From Leptolyngbyaceae cyanobacterium (GTDB lineage: Bacteria; Cyanobacteriota; Cyanobacteriia; Phormidesmidales; Phormidesmidaceae), in the NCBI GenBank assembly GCA_965263355.1, contig CBDHHL010000032.1, positions 992,001 to 1,056,000 on the forward strand: a DNA stretch of 64,000 nucleotides, written 5' to 3'. Below the pieces are notes generated by a model. That model was not told where the DNA came from and did no database searches. It saw only the letters and a list, made by a program, of their open reading frames with translations. Shown here one piece after another: positions 22,732 through 34,260 of the stretch (positions within the stretch are counted from its first letter, which is position 1; every line of letters begins with the position of its first letter). The position numbers were made by a program, and so were the translations under genes.

Positions 22732-23339
22732 CTCTCTGAACGACGGGAGAAGTTCCGTACCATTTCCATACGGGATAACGCGCTGGTGGCTGTTTCTTTC
22801 ACATAGCCATCCACTGATTCATCCTCAGACAGCTTTTGGAGCACCCCAGCAGCCTTTTCTCCTCCCACGGAAGCCAGGGCATTCACAATAGACACTGAGA
22901 GAGCCAAATTCTCAGTCGTTTGCAATGTCTCCAGCAAAATATCCAGCGCAGCGTCCCCAATTTCACCTAGGGCCATAGCTGAGGCAATATGCACAACCGG
23001 ATTAGGATCGTTAAGAGACTGTTTGAGCCCCTGCAATCCTAACTCTGGAAACGGTTCATTAGGAAAATTGAGGGCAACCTGTGCTAAAGCCTTAGCACAA
23101 CTGCCACGCACAGTCACATTCTCACTGTTGCCCAAAGCTTCTACAATCGCAGGAACAGCGTCTGCACCCACCGCCCCCAGGGTTTTAACCGCTGCACGGC
23201 GATAAACAGTGTCTTCAGCATCCAGAGCTGCCATCAGTCGAGGAATCGTTGTATCGTCACGGTTGTCAATGATATCCACCATGGCCCGCTCACGGATGTG
23301 GGGGTTGGGATGCTTCAGCTGATCAAAAAAGGAGTCCAT
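22728..23339 (-). CDS. cpeZ: Phycoerythrin lyase/chaperone CpeZ
   Basis: LKHPNP, YRRAAVKTLG, DPNPVVHIA; directly downstream of cpeY. Confidence 0.88.
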   Translation of the reverse strand: MDSFFDQLKHPNPHIRERAMVDIIDNRDDTTIPRLMAALDAEDTVYRRAAVKTLGAVGADAVPAIVEALGNSENVTVRGSCAKALAQVALNFPNEPFPELGLQGLKQSLNDPNPVVHIASAMALGEIGDAALDILLETLQTTENLALSVSIVNALASVGGEKAAGVLQKLSEDESVDGYVKETATSALSRMEMVRNFSRRSES

Positions 23340-23464
23340 GGATTTCTTAAGATACGAATTATCAATGAATCAATTCTCTTCTTAAAAGAGAATTTTAGGG
23401 GGGAGCGTACTCACCGTCCACCATAGGGTGAGCAATGCCAATCTTGCAAAGACATGGAAATTAA

Positions 23465-24742
23465 TCAAACCTTAGCCATTGAAAGATTCGCCTTTGCCCG
23501 TACCGCCCAATCATTGGCATCCAATAGCAATTTATGTTGACTGTAATCCCCTAATTTTTCCAGGGCCATCAACGATGCATACTGCAACATCCAAATTTTA
23601 CTGTGGGCACTGGCCTGCAACGCCTCAATGGCTCGCGAATCTTCTAACTCTCCCAAGGATAACGCTGCTGCCGCCCGTGATTTCATAAATTGAGGCGAGG
23701 TATTATTAAGGGCCTCTAATAACAAATTATAGGCAGGCTGATGTTTGAGCCACCCCATGAGCTTCATCACATGGTAATGAGCACCATAGTCGTTATGGGC
23801 TTCGGCTTCATAGGTAGCAAACAGAGCAGCCGGTGCGGTATCCGCCTGCTGTTCAATAAAGGTTTGAATAGCGAGGTAAGTACGACCAAAATCAGTTTGG
23901 TACAGTTCTTGCACCAAAAACTCCAGGGATGGAGGCTGATCATATTCGTGAACCAGGTCTAAATCCTGGGGATGATCCCATAGAATTTGCTCAATCACCG
24001 GCAAAACGTCTTCTAGCGTTACCTCACTAGCGGCCATACCACTTTCTGCCAAGGCGCGCACTGCTCGTAGCCGGAACATTAGCGAAATGGGACAGCGGGC
24101 AATGGCCGGAATGGCCGGATAATACTGGGAATTAATTAAATCTTCGAGACAGGCTCGGCGGGCATTTACACTATCGCTCTGGAGAAACGCCACTACCCGA
24201 TCAATCTGGCTAAAGTCTCGATTAAACCGACATACGGTTGCGATCGCAGCACTGGCCGTCGGCTCATCTTCAGCATCCATAAAGGGGCTTACCCGCTCCA
24301 CCGCTGCACCATAATCCAATTTCACCAGCGTATGGATAATGACTCTATACGTTTGGTTTGGCTTTCCTAGCAACTGAGCAATGTCTTCTAAAATCTCTTT
24401 ATGCTCAGTGCCAATCTCACCAATGGCCCACACAGCAGACTCTACGGTGTAGCGATCTTCATCAGACAAGCAGGCCCGAATCGTATCCAGACTACGCGAA
24501 GCTTTTAATTTACCCAACGTCTCGACTGATTTACGTCGGGTAATACGATTGTCCAACGAGTCGTAAGTAGTATTGACCGCTCGAATCAGAGCATCAATAG
24601 AAGCCTCCGATGGATAATTCGCCAATTGAGAAGCTGCAATATAGCGCTCACTCTCATCCTCAGCTTGCTCGGGTGGGGTATCTAGCAGCGCAATACACTG
24701 CTCTTCTGTTAAACCAAAAATATTGGCAAAACGCTTATCCAT
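23465..24742 (-). CDS. cpeY: Phycoerythrobilin lyase CpeY
   Basis: MDKRF..F.L, LY.TDFGR.Y, NDYGAHYH motifs; follows cpeBA. Confidence 0.9.
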   Translation of the reverse strand: MDKRFANIFGLTEEQCIALLDTPPEQAEDESERYIAASQLANYPSEASIDALIRAVNTTYDSLDNRITRRKSVETLGKLKASRSLDTIRACLSDEDRYTVESAVWAIGEIGTEHKEILEDIAQLLGKPNQTYRVIIHTLVKLDYGAAVERVSPFMDAEDEPTASAAIATVCRFNRDFSQIDRVVAFLQSDSVNARRACLEDLINSQYYPAIPAIARCPISLMFRLRAVRALAESGMAASEVTLEDVLPVIEQILWDHPQDLDLVHEYDQPPSLEFLVQELYQTDFGRTYLAIQTFIEQQADTAPAALFATYEAEAHNDYGAHYHVMKLMGWLKHQPAYNLLLEALNNTSPQFMKSRAAAALSLGELEDSRAIEALQASAHSKIWMLQYASLMALEKLGDYSQHKLLLDANDWAVRAKANLSMAKV

Positions 24743-24812
24743 GGAATTGTTGCAATTATCTTATGGGTGTCGTTGGCTAACGCCAAAAGGAGACGTTGCC
24801 ACACATTACAAC

Positions 24813-24844
24813 AAACCTGGAGACTCCGAAGAATCTCCAGGTTT
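24813..24844 (-). terminator. Hairpin between cpeA copy 2 and cpeY
   Basis: aaacctggaga-ctccgaagaa-tctccaggttt. Confidence 0.7.
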
Positions 24845-24888
24845 AGACTAACTAAACGTAGTCAAGCAATGAATCGAGTAATCAGCCC

Positions 24889-25422
<534 letters not shown>

Positions 25423-25455
25423 TCAGAACAATCTCACTTAGTCGTCAAGCGGTGA

Positions 25456-26028
<573 letters not shown>

Positions 26029-26086
26029 TTAAAAACTTTTCGGTGGTGACAACAAACTCGTTTTGTTTGCGTTTATCACCATAAAG

Positions 26087-26148
26087 ACAATAGAGAATCG
26101 TGGTTACCTCTGTCCCAATTAGCGAAAACAAAGCAACATTCCGTTACA
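26087..26148 (-). promoter_or_regulatory. Putative cpeB2 promoter: upstream box, weak -35, -10
   Basis: TGTAACGGAATGTTGCTTTGT-N11-GGGACA-N18-TATTGT. Confidence 0.7.
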
Positions 26149-26284
26149 AGAGGCACAGTTTTCTAATTTTCAGATTCTCACTCTCAATATCTTCCTTCTG
26201 CTAAGTATGATGCCTTAACCTGGAAAGCATTGACAGTAATAGCCTATAAAACTTTTTATCGGTGCTCAGACACAAGAGTCGCCC

Positions 26285-26590
26285 CTAGGCTCGCTCATCA
26301 AATCGTGTATGAAAACTACCGTACTTGATCCAATATTGCTGCAAGTCATGGTGGGGAGTATGTAGGCTGGCCTTAGCGCGATATAAAACTACCCGTCGGT
26401 GATTACCAATCCAAATCTTCTTGATGGGTTCTACGCAAATTAATGTCCCCCCTAAGGCTTTCAAGCAATCCTGAAACTTTTCCACTGTTGAATACTCAAC
26501 GGTTTCAAAAATAAAAAAATTACCCGAACGAATCAGGTGGCGACTACGGATCCACGATTTCATCTTTTTTTGCGCTTGGGGAGGAAGCAT
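26285..26590 (-). CDS. cpeR: Phycoerythrin operon regulator CpeR
   Basis: MLPP..QKKM..WIRSRHLI..GNFF.FET, QYW.KYGS; last gene after cpeS-cpeT; an upstream in-frame start is possible. Confidence 0.88.
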   Translation of the reverse strand: MLPPQAQKKMKSWIRSRHLIRSGNFFIFETVEYSTVEKFQDCLKALGGTLICVEPIKKIWIGNHRRVVLYRAKASLHTPHHDLQQYWIKYGSFHTRFDERA

Positions 26591-26654
26591 GGAAATCCGA
26601 ATCGTGTTGAGGTCTTTTAGCTCTAAATCTGGGTCCGTATCGGTTTCAAAGTCT

Positions 26655-27269
26655 TCAGAAAGGTAGTTCATTATCAAAACTGGCACGCTTACGGAACTTT
26701 AAAATCCCCTCAGTCGAGCCCCACACATATTCATCTGTTTCAATATCCATGCCCTGATCGATACTCAGCCATGTGCTTTCAGTAATCTCCACATGGCTGG
26801 TGAGATAGGTCATCTTGCCTTCTTTGGGAATAATGCAAGCCTTACCCGGTTCCACGTTACCGATAAACGTATCGCCCTCACGCTTGAACACCATCGAACA
26901 GCCTTCTCGACGTTCGATACAGTCGGGGGTAATGGTTTTTAGCACATCTAAATTATGGCCAGCGCCGGCATAAAGTAACCGATCCTTGAGGCCATAATTC
27001 TCAATATAAACATGGTCTCCCCTATCAACAAGACGATGTACACCTTGCCGGTATGGACTCCATAGGTCATAATCTTGAGTCTGTTCAGAATATAGCCCCA
27101 CACCGGAGAAAAAATCATAGGGAAGCGGACGAAAAAAAATTCGAATGTGGGCGAACTTTTTAGGATCCTCAAATGCTTGATGTTGATTACTAAAGTCCCC
27201 GGACATCCAACGAGCGAGGCTGATAAAATCCTGTGAGTAAAAAACATCAGCATTGCCAGAAAGCACCAT
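26655..27269 (-). CDS. cpeT: T-clan phycobilin lyase CpeT
   Basis: GDFSN..QA, FAHI..FRPLP, YSEQ, PYRQ, WGS motifs. Confidence 0.9.
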   Translation of the reverse strand: MVLSGNADVFYSQDFISLARWMSGDFSNQHQAFEDPKKFAHIRIFFRPLPYDFFSGVGLYSEQTQDYDLWSPYRQGVHRLVDRGDHVYIENYGLKDRLLYAGAGHNLDVLKTITPDCIERREGCSMVFKREGDTFIGNVEPGKACIIPKEGKMTYLTSHVEITESTWLSIDQGMDIETDEYVWGSTEGILKFRKRASFDNELPF

Positions 27270-27479
27270 TTCTTAAAATTCTTAATTTACTTGAATTTAT
27301 TCTTTTTCAATCAGACGAGAATTGTACGCAGTGGACTGTTGAAAGCTTACCAGCGCGAACATATTAGGTTCCAGCAATCCTGTTACCACCCTATGGTCTC
27401 TAGTGTACGCAAGCAGCAAGGATAGATGCCAGGATTATGGGCGATCGCACCACAGATTATCAACATTCGATGACGGAAT

Positions 27480-28010
27480 TTAGCTGGTTGTGACCCCACG
27501 CCTGACTTCAGACGAAAAGCTGGCCGTGGTTACGCCTTTACCGCTACTGGTTTTAATCAATGACACCCGAAAGCGCAGGTTGGGAGTCGCAAACCAAATC
27601 TTTTCTTCTGCCGCTGCCCGGTCATAGGCCGTAGTCAAAATAAAGGTACCGTCATCGGTGAGACGGTAGGACCCCATGGACTCCATAGTCTCTGCATATC
27701 CCTGTTCTCGCAGTAACTTTCCTGTCGTTGCACTCTCAGGTACAGGAATCAAAATCGTTGAACCTGCCAGGACCTCATCTTCGTCCCAATCAGACTCCCC
27801 TTCCCAACTCATTTTGAATGGACTGACTATGCTCTTAAGAGAAACCTCATACTGTTGACATAGATCCAACACCCCTGGCGCATCCATTGTCAGGGCTTCG
27901 ATATTAATGTTGGAGCGGACTTCCTCAAAATGACCAAAGGCTAAGTGATGGGCGCTACGTTGGGATCTCCATTCTCCAATTGAGCGTTCAACAAAGGTTT
28001 CAATATCCAT
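27480..28010 (-). CDS. cpeS: S/U-clan phycobilin lyase CpeS
   Basis: W.SQRSAHHLAF, GYAE, EEKIWFATPNLRFR, ASFSSE; start moved to ATG 28010. Confidence 0.9.
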   Translation of the reverse strand: MDIETFVERSIGEWRSQRSAHHLAFGHFEEVRSNINIEALTMDAPGVLDLCQQYEVSLKSIVSPFKMSWEGESDWDEDEVLAGSTILIPVPESATTGKLLREQGYAETMESMGSYRLTDDGTFILTTAYDRAAAEEKIWFATPNLRFRVSLIKTSSGKGVTTASFSSEVRRGVTTS

Positions 28011-28242
28011 TGAGGTAAATTTTTTTGAATCAGCTTCTGATTTTATAGCGTCGCCCCCACAGGTCACAACACCATTGCTCGCTGAAAGCCTTATCCAAGT
28101 AGTATCAATCCGAACAAAGCACCTTCCACGATTAAGCGCCTAAACTCCTGAACTATAACCGTGGAAGAGACTTATATCTAGTTAGTCGTCCGCCCTAGCC
28201 TAAATGTTTGAGTTTGACAGACTACTAGTCAAGAACATTTGC

Positions 28243-28995
28243 TTATGCTTCAGTGATGCTAACGATCTTGGCACCAGAACGTTGCATGTTCTGAATCCGG
28301 TTAGAAAGCTGGTTAAACCCAACTTCTACACTATAGTTACTCTTGGTAACCCGGCTGCCAAAGTTAGCTTTAGTTGCCACAATACGGAAACGCTTGCCAG
28401 TATTGTTGTAGGCACCAGAACCGGTAGCCGGTGACTTGATTTTAGTCCCTAAGTTACCGGCTACATCTCCAATCAATTTGGCAGATTTTCCAGTGTCATT
28501 AGCCGCATACCCCCGATCTAACGCAAACAAGCGGTTAAAGGCAACATTCTTAACACCAGTTTGGCTAACACCACAGGCATAGGGAACTACGTTCTCACCA
28601 AATGTAGACAGATACTCATCACTGCTCAGGTAAGAATCAATGTCCGCATCGTAGCCAGAGGCGTTGTAGGTCTGAACATGCTCAGAAATTTCTGATTGAT
28701 CCTGGGGAGCACGGCCTAACAAATGCTTAAAGTTCAGCTCAACAAAACGGTAGGGAGAGGAATTTTCAAAGAAGCGCGCCTTATAAAGGCCTGAGGTAGC
28801 CACGGCCCGCACAAAACCACGTACGGTAATTTCACCATTCTTGAGCTTGGATTCTGCACTCGCTAAACGCTGACTCTCTAGCAGATGAGCATTCCCCAAA
28901 ACCTGCTTATAAACTGCACGAATAACCACCTGAATATCTTCCTCAGTGGCGTTGGGACGCAGCTCAACCGCTTCATTATTAACCCACAGTGACAT
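28243..28995 (-). CDS. cpeE: Phycoerythrin rod linker, CpeE-like (paralog 2)
   Basis: Linker domain plus C-terminal CpcD-like KRFRI..GAKIVSITE; SD TAGGAG before ATG 28995. Confidence 0.75.
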   Translation of the reverse strand: MSLWVNNEAVELRPNATEEDIQVVIRAVYKQVLGNAHLLESQRLASAESKLKNGEITVRGFVRAVATSGLYKARFFENSSPYRFVELNFKHLLGRAPQDQSEISEHVQTYNASGYDADIDSYLSSDEYLSTFGENVVPYACGVSQTGVKNVAFNRLFALDRGYAANDTGKSAKLIGDVAGNLGTKIKSPATGSGAYNNTGKRFRIVATKANFGSRVTKSNYSVEVGFNQLSNRIQNMQRSGAKIVSITEA

Positions 28996-29116
28996 AACCG
29001 TTTCTCCTAAAAAATAGTGATGATTAAACAACCCGTAACCTGAATAGCTACAGCATTTTGCAAAACACACCGCCAGCAGAGAACCGTTTCTTTGCCGGTG
29101 GTGACAGTCTTTAAAC

Positions 29117-29878
29117 CTAGTTGGTTTCAGTGACGCTCAGAATTTTGCCACCTGTCTTCAGAATGTTCTGAAGACGCTGGGACATCTGACTGTAGGAAAC
29201 AACATATTCTTGCTGACTAACACGTCCCAACGCAGCGGCAGCTGTAGATGTGCTAACTTTAATGCGAAATCGCTTATTGGTACTACTACGCCCTGTACCG
29301 GCTTGAGGAGCCGAAATTTTAGTCGCCAAGTTGCCACCGATATCACTAATTAGCTTAGCTTGGTTACTGCTGTCGCTAGTGGCATCTCCCCTTACAAGGG
29401 CAAAGGTACGGTTAAAGCCAACATTCTTAATGCCGGTCTGAGTCTGGTTACCACGGACAGAGGGAACAGAATTCTCGCCAAAGTTAGCGATGTACTCATC
29501 ACTGTCGATGTAAGAGTTAATCTCAGCTGTATAGCCGTGCTCATTGTAGAGAGCCACATGCTCAGCAATTTCTGCCTGATCTTGGGGCGCACGACCTAAC
29601 AGGTGCTTAAAATTTAGCTCGATAAAGCGGTAAGCCGAAGAATTCTCAAAAAAGAGGGAGCGATACAGCTCTGACTGGGCTACTGCCCGGACGAATCCTC
29701 TAACTGTGATATCGCCATCACGCAGTAAGGACTCAGCACTCGTTAAACGCTGACTCTCCATTACATGCTGGTTACCTAAAACTTGCTTATATACAGCACG
29801 AATAACCGTTTGCAGGTCATCCTCGGTTGCATTAGGGCAAAGTTCAACGGGCACAGCATTGGTCACCCAAAGTGCCAT
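29117..29878 (-). CDS. cpeE: Phycoerythrin rod linker, CpeE-like (paralog 1)
   Basis: MALW.., linker domain, [18 protein letters not shown]. Confidence 0.75.
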   Translation of the reverse strand: MALWVTNAVPVELCPNATEDDLQTVIRAVYKQVLGNQHVMESQRLTSAESLLRDGDITVRGFVRAVAQSELYRSLFFENSSAYRFIELNFKHLLGRAPQDQAEIAEHVALYNEHGYTAEINSYIDSDEYIANFGENSVPSVRGNQTQTGIKNVGFNRTFALVRGDATSDSSNQAKLISDIGGNLATKISAPQAGTGRSSTNKRFRIKVSTSTAAAALGRVSQQEYVVSYSQMSQRLQNILKTGGKILSVTETN

Positions 29879-30359
29879 GGAACAATCCTCCGAAAAATTA
29901 ATTTGAGTTTGCTAAAGGGCATACCGCCATGGCTAATGTAGCGGGCAAGGCTCATCAGATAGCGGATAGCGGGTCAACTATAATTTGCGAATTATCAGGA
30001 TTAGAGCCTTAGACCAATTGTCATCTTTGGGAAATACTCAATCCAAATTCAACGGTTTAAACAGCCTTAAAGCCACTAAAATCGACATTCGGCAATAGGA
30101 CCTTATTTAAGACAGATATCGGATTTTGAGGACCAAATGAGAACAACTTTTTTTTTCTTAATGTTTTTAGAAACATTTCTTCATCAGATAGTAATAAGCA
30201 TAACAAATCGCAAGTAGATATGACGCTATGAGATCGCACCACACAACAGCCTTTAATCAAAAATCTCGCAAAAACAACAAATATACATAGACACCAAGAT
30301 AGGATCGCAAAACAATATTTTTGCGATTTAATATCCATACTTCATAACTTTAAAGTCAA

Positions 30360-30401
30360 ATAGGAAACCTCCCCTAGCTCTCACCTAGAGGAGGTTTCCT
30401 A
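30360..30401 (-). terminator. Hairpin after cpeD
   Basis: ataggaaacctc...gaggtttcctat. Confidence 0.7.
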
Positions 30402-30415
30402 TTCACCTAGGAGCA

Positions 30416-31156
30416 TTAAACAATCTCGGTAATGCTCACAATCTTAGCGCCAGTGCGGTGAATACGCTGAATTTGAGGCGTCATCTTATCAGCAGAAACA
30501 ATGTACTCATTCATGCTGACACGGCGGGGAGCATCAAACTTAGCGGCTGTTGTCTTAATCTTAAACCGCTTAGTTGTTCCAGAGTTTAAGTTAGTTGCCG
30601 CAGCCTTAATCTTGTTGCCCTTCTCATTACCAGCCACCTGAGCCACCAGCTGAGCAGACTTAACAGCACTACTTACCTGAGCAGGACCGCGATCAATCGC
30701 AAAGATACGGTTGTAGCTCACCTGGGACTGGCCCACCTGAGTCAGATTCGCATTGTAGAACGGAACCACGTTCTCACCAAACAGAGCCTGATACTCATCA
30801 CTATCGATGTAGGAATCGATTTCAGCATCGTAGCCTTCTTCAACACAACGGCGGATATGCTCAGAAAGCTCAGCCTGACTCTCAGGAGCACGCCCCAAAA
30901 AGTGCATAAAATTCAGCTCCACAAAGCGATAGGGAGCACACTTCTCAAAATAACGGCTACGGTAAAAATCAGACTTACCCACAGCACGAACAAAGTCACG
31001 CACAGAAATAGACCCATCACATAACTGAGATTCAGCCGTGACTAGGCGCTCACTGTCCATTACGTGAGGATTACCTAAAACGTGGCGATAAACAGCATTA
31101 ATTATAGATTGCTTTTCTTCGCTACTGCTGTTGGACCATAACTCAAACGTTGTCAT
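30416..31156 (-). CDS. cpeD: Phycoerythrin rod linker CpeD
   Basis: LGNPHVM.SERL..AESQLCDG, CAPYRFVELNFMHFLGR; follows cpeC. Confidence 0.85.
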   Translation of the reverse strand: MTTFELWSNSSSEEKQSIINAVYRHVLGNPHVMDSERLVTAESQLCDGSISVRDFVRAVGKSDFYRSRYFEKCAPYRFVELNFMHFLGRAPESQAELSEHIRRCVEEGYDAEIDSYIDSDEYQALFGENVVPFYNANLTQVGQSQVSYNRIFAIDRGPAQVSSAVKSAQLVAQVAGNEKGNKIKAAATNLNSGTTKRFKIKTTAAKFDAPRRVSMNEYIVSADKMTPQIQRIHRTGAKIVSITEIV

Positions 31157-31255
31157 TAGAGTTCTCCTACTGGTGATTATTAAAAAAGTCTCAACAATAC
31201 CTACTAGAAAATAGCTAGAGCTATAAATGCTCTAGCCATTCTTGTAAGACATACC

Positions 31256-32116
31256 TTAGGAAACACGAGTGATGCTAGCAATCACACCGCCCTGCTTGTG
31301 AATACGCTTGTATTCATCAGACAATTTGTCAAAGGGAACCATATATACCTTGTTGGCGCGACGGAATTTAGACACGCGATTAAAGGCATTGGAGCGATAG
31401 CTAGTAACCTCGACCCGATAAACCTTCCCGTTAGCACTAGCACCCACACCATGGCGAGTACGAGACGAATCAGCAGGCGTCTGAAATGTTCCGCCAGCAG
31501 ACATGGGAGACAAAACAGGCCCTGGTATCGCGTTGATTACCATCGAGTTCAAACGAGGCTTCTTGCCGTTAACACTGCCCTTCAGAGAACTACTGGAAGC
31601 ACCGCGCACTAATTCGAAGGTATGGGTAAAGCCAACCATATTGCTAGCTTCGGTCTTATAGCCACGAATGTAGGGGACAAAATCCTGCCCAAAGACATCC
31701 TGATACTCATCGCTATCAATGTAGGAATCGATATCTGCCTCAAAGCCTTCTGTATCCAGAATGGCGCTATGGGCTTTCATCTCCTCAAAACTATTGGGAG
31801 CCCTGCCCAACAGGTGGCGAAAATTAAGCTCGATATTGCGATAACGAGGGCAGCTCTCAAAAAAGCGTGCACGGTACATATCAGACTTCGCTACGGCACG
31901 GACAAAATCCCGTACGGTGAGTTCACCAAGTTTAAACTGGGACTCGGGGACAGCGAGGCGCTCGCTCTCCATCACATATGCGTTACCCAAAACCTGTCTG
32001 TAGACGGCTTTGATGATAGATTCGAGGCCCTCACTATCAAGGCCAGGAACCCTCTCGACTGGAGGGGTCTCGTCGAAAAGGCTCACGCCCAATCGTGAAG
32101 CTGGTCCAAAAGCCAT
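31256..32116 (-). CDS. cpeC: Phycoerythrin rod linker CpeC
   Basis: MAFGPASRLGV N-terminus, C-terminal KVYRVEVT..GGVIASIT. Confidence 0.9.
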   Translation of the reverse strand: MAFGPASRLGVSLFDETPPVERVPGLDSEGLESIIKAVYRQVLGNAYVMESERLAVPESQFKLGELTVRDFVRAVAKSDMYRARFFESCPRYRNIELNFRHLLGRAPNSFEEMKAHSAILDTEGFEADIDSYIDSDEYQDVFGQDFVPYIRGYKTEASNMVGFTHTFELVRGASSSSLKGSVNGKKPRLNSMVINAIPGPVLSPMSAGGTFQTPADSSRTRHGVGASANGKVYRVEVTSYRSNAFNRVSKFRRANKVYMVPFDKLSDEYKRIHKQGGVIASITRVS

Positions 32117-32621
32117 TAATGCTATCTCCTAGACGACAACAATGGTCTAAACAAATTAATTTATCTCGGAATGTTAAGAAGCTTTAGTTTTTCTTTGCCT
32201 CCTCATGTATGGAGTTTGTCCATACATGAACATTTGAATTAGTAAAACCTAGATTACCAAACATTTTCAAAGGCAAAGCGACCCTTACAAAGTCGCACTG
32301 AAGTTGACCATTAACACTTCCTGAGTCTCATATTCGTATATTAAAGCAGCCTCTAATCATCAAGAATTGTGAATTACTTGTGTACGAGGATATGGAAGAT
32401 ACGCACCTGGGATTTTTTCAATATTGGCAAAATGATTACATCCCTTGTGAAGAAAGGATTTCTCCCTAAGTACAGCTGGTATTTGCACTGCCCTAAAATC
32501 AGTCAATAAACCAATATCGAAGATACAAAACTATACATAAGACTGCACAAATCCTGCGAAAGTCTAGCAGGCATATACCTTCCCTAAGGCCATATCAAAT
32601 GCATAGCAAAAAAGAGTAAAA

Positions 32622-33197
32622 CTAGTTACCCGATTGAAACTGGCTGAGGGCCTGAACGAGATGCTCGAAATATGGATCGAACTGGCTATCGTTAAAGGGT
32701 AATTCCTGCTGTTTTAGCTGCTGCTTACTGGCCAATTGGAGAGCTTGCAGACCGTAGACCATGGCGTCCAGAGGTACCTGCAACTCTTGATAGAGTTGCT
32801 CCATGTAGGACAATCCCTGAATACTGGTGTAGTCAATGCGCTGGGCCGCAATACCGTAAGTAATGCAGCGCAGAAAATGCCAGAAGTCCCGCCAGCAAGC
32901 CTCAGCACGAATGGCGGGGTAAAGCTCACCCCCTGGCTCAGTGATACCGGGAAACTTTTGCAGGACTTGGGCTCGGGCCACATCGACCAGGACACTGGCT
33001 TGATCCCGCAATCTGCCAGCAATATCCCCAGCAGGCATGTCTACCAGAACATCATCATCCAGATAAACTCGCTCATCATCGGCGGTTTGGAGGCGTGCGA
33101 TCGCACTTTCTCCAAACTGCTCTTGCCAACCGTCAAAGCTAACAATTCTTGCCTTAATAATTAATTCTTTAACCCGAGGGCTGAGGGAAGATGCCAT
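32622..33197 (-). CDS. Phycobiliprotein-like protein (AplA-like)
   Basis: AD.E.VYL, FPGITEPGG.LYP, ACWRDFWHFLRCITYG with chromophore-site Cys. Confidence 0.7.
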   Translation of the reverse strand: MASSLSPRVKELIIKARIVSFDGWQEQFGESAIARLQTADDERVYLDDDVLVDMPAGDIAGRLRDQASVLVDVARAQVLQKFPGITEPGGELYPAIRAEACWRDFWHFLRCITYGIAAQRIDYTSIQGLSYMEQLYQELQVPLDAMVYGLQALQLASKQQLKQQELPFNDSQFDPYFEHLVQALSQFQSGN

Positions 33198-33223
33198 GGT
33201 TACTTCTACACTCTCTAATTATT

Positions 33224-33241
33224 GTTACACAGTGTTACAAT
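33224..33241 (+). promoter_or_regulatory. HLR1-like direct repeat (candidate RpaB site)
   Basis: GTTACACA-GT-GTTACAAT, one mismatch to (G/T)TTACA(T/A)(T/A)-N2 repeat, between divergent genes. Confidence 0.6.
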
Positions 33242-33304
33242 TAAAGCCTGACTTTTATATATCAATGATGTTGCAGTGAACTATTGCTAGTCACTTACAT
33301 ATCC

Positions 33305-33964
33305 ATGGAACTTGCTGATATCAAAGCTATCCTCAAGCACTCTGACTCCCAGGAACGGTTGAAGGGCATTGTAGCGCTCAAGGAGTATGACGCTGACATT
33401 GCCAGCCCGCTACTGCTGAGCCAGAAAGATGACCCTGCGTTTTTAGTGCGTTCCTTTGTAGCCATGGGGTTAGGGCGTAAGCGTAGTGAGGCAGGTTTTG
33501 CGACGTTACTGGCCATGATCACCAAGGACCCCGATGCCAATGTGCAAGCAGAAGCGTCAAATTCCCTTGCCATGTATGGAGAATCATCCATACCTCATTT
33601 AGTCAAAACATTCCACACCAATAAAAATTGGTTAGTACGGCGCAGCATTTTGGCTGCAATGCTCGATCTTGAGAGCCCTGCTCATATGCTCGAAATCTGC
33701 TTGATCGCTATCGACGATCCAGACCTGACGGTCACGAATGCTGGCGTTGACCATCTCAGCACCTTAGCTAAAACAGACCAAGCAGACGCAGCATTGTCAG
33801 CCATTTTGTCCCTAAAGACATCGACAGACTGGTATACCCGTATGCATGTAGCCTATGCCCTGAAACGATTTGACGCCCCAGTAGCCCAAACCGCTTTAAT
33901 CGAACTGCGTCAGGACAAGCAACATAAGGTAGTGGCAGCGGCCTTGGAAGGGTTGGTTCCCTGA
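33305..33964 (+). CDS. HEAT-repeat protein, NblB-like
   Basis: FLVRSFVAMGLG, D.NV.AEA.NSL, WLVRRSILAA. Confidence 0.72.
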   Translation: MELADIKAILKHSDSQERLKGIVALKEYDADIASPLLLSQKDDPAFLVRSFVAMGLGRKRSEAGFATLLAMITKDPDANVQAEASNSLAMYGESSIPHLVKTFHTNKNWLVRRSILAAMLDLESPAHMLEICLIAIDDPDLTVTNAGVDHLSTLAKTDQADAALSAILSLKTSTDWYTRMHVAYALKRFDAPVAQTALIELRQDKQHKVVAAALEGLVP

Positions 33965-34260
33965 TATGCGTGCGGATATATGTGCGGAGAAAGCTACAGC
34001 CAACGTGTAGTTCTGCCCTAAGTCACTTCATATAGGGCTTAATCCAAACTGTAGAGGTGGCTACAACGAGAAATCTGAGACTTTGTTAGCTTCTTTGTCA
34101 ATTGAGGGATAACTGAGCCACTCCCTTCAGGAAGATGCCTTAACAAAGGTTTTATTGCCGTTTCTGAGGTTGTTCGCTATTGTAAACGTAAATAAATATA
34201 AACTTGTTTCGCTATAGCTTGATTTCAGGTGCATTTCTTAAATCTAAGGCCCTAAATTTT

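Noticed and set aside
28112..28135. Fourth copy of the cpeB/pebA box upstream of cpeS (also partial CTTTGT hits before cpeC and the double linker)
   Set aside because: Only the CTTTGT half matches; TGTAACGGA and the fixed -35 are missing
30057..30338. 93-aa ORF between cpeD and cpeE (likewise 38375..38656, 20705..21064, 18998..19207)
   Set aside because: No family motifs; lie in AT-rich intergenic or antisense positions; probably spurious
32543..32560. CTGCACA-AATC-CTGCGAA as an RcaC L-box upstream of cpeC
   Set aside because: Four mismatches to TTGCACA-N4-TTGCACA; too degenerate
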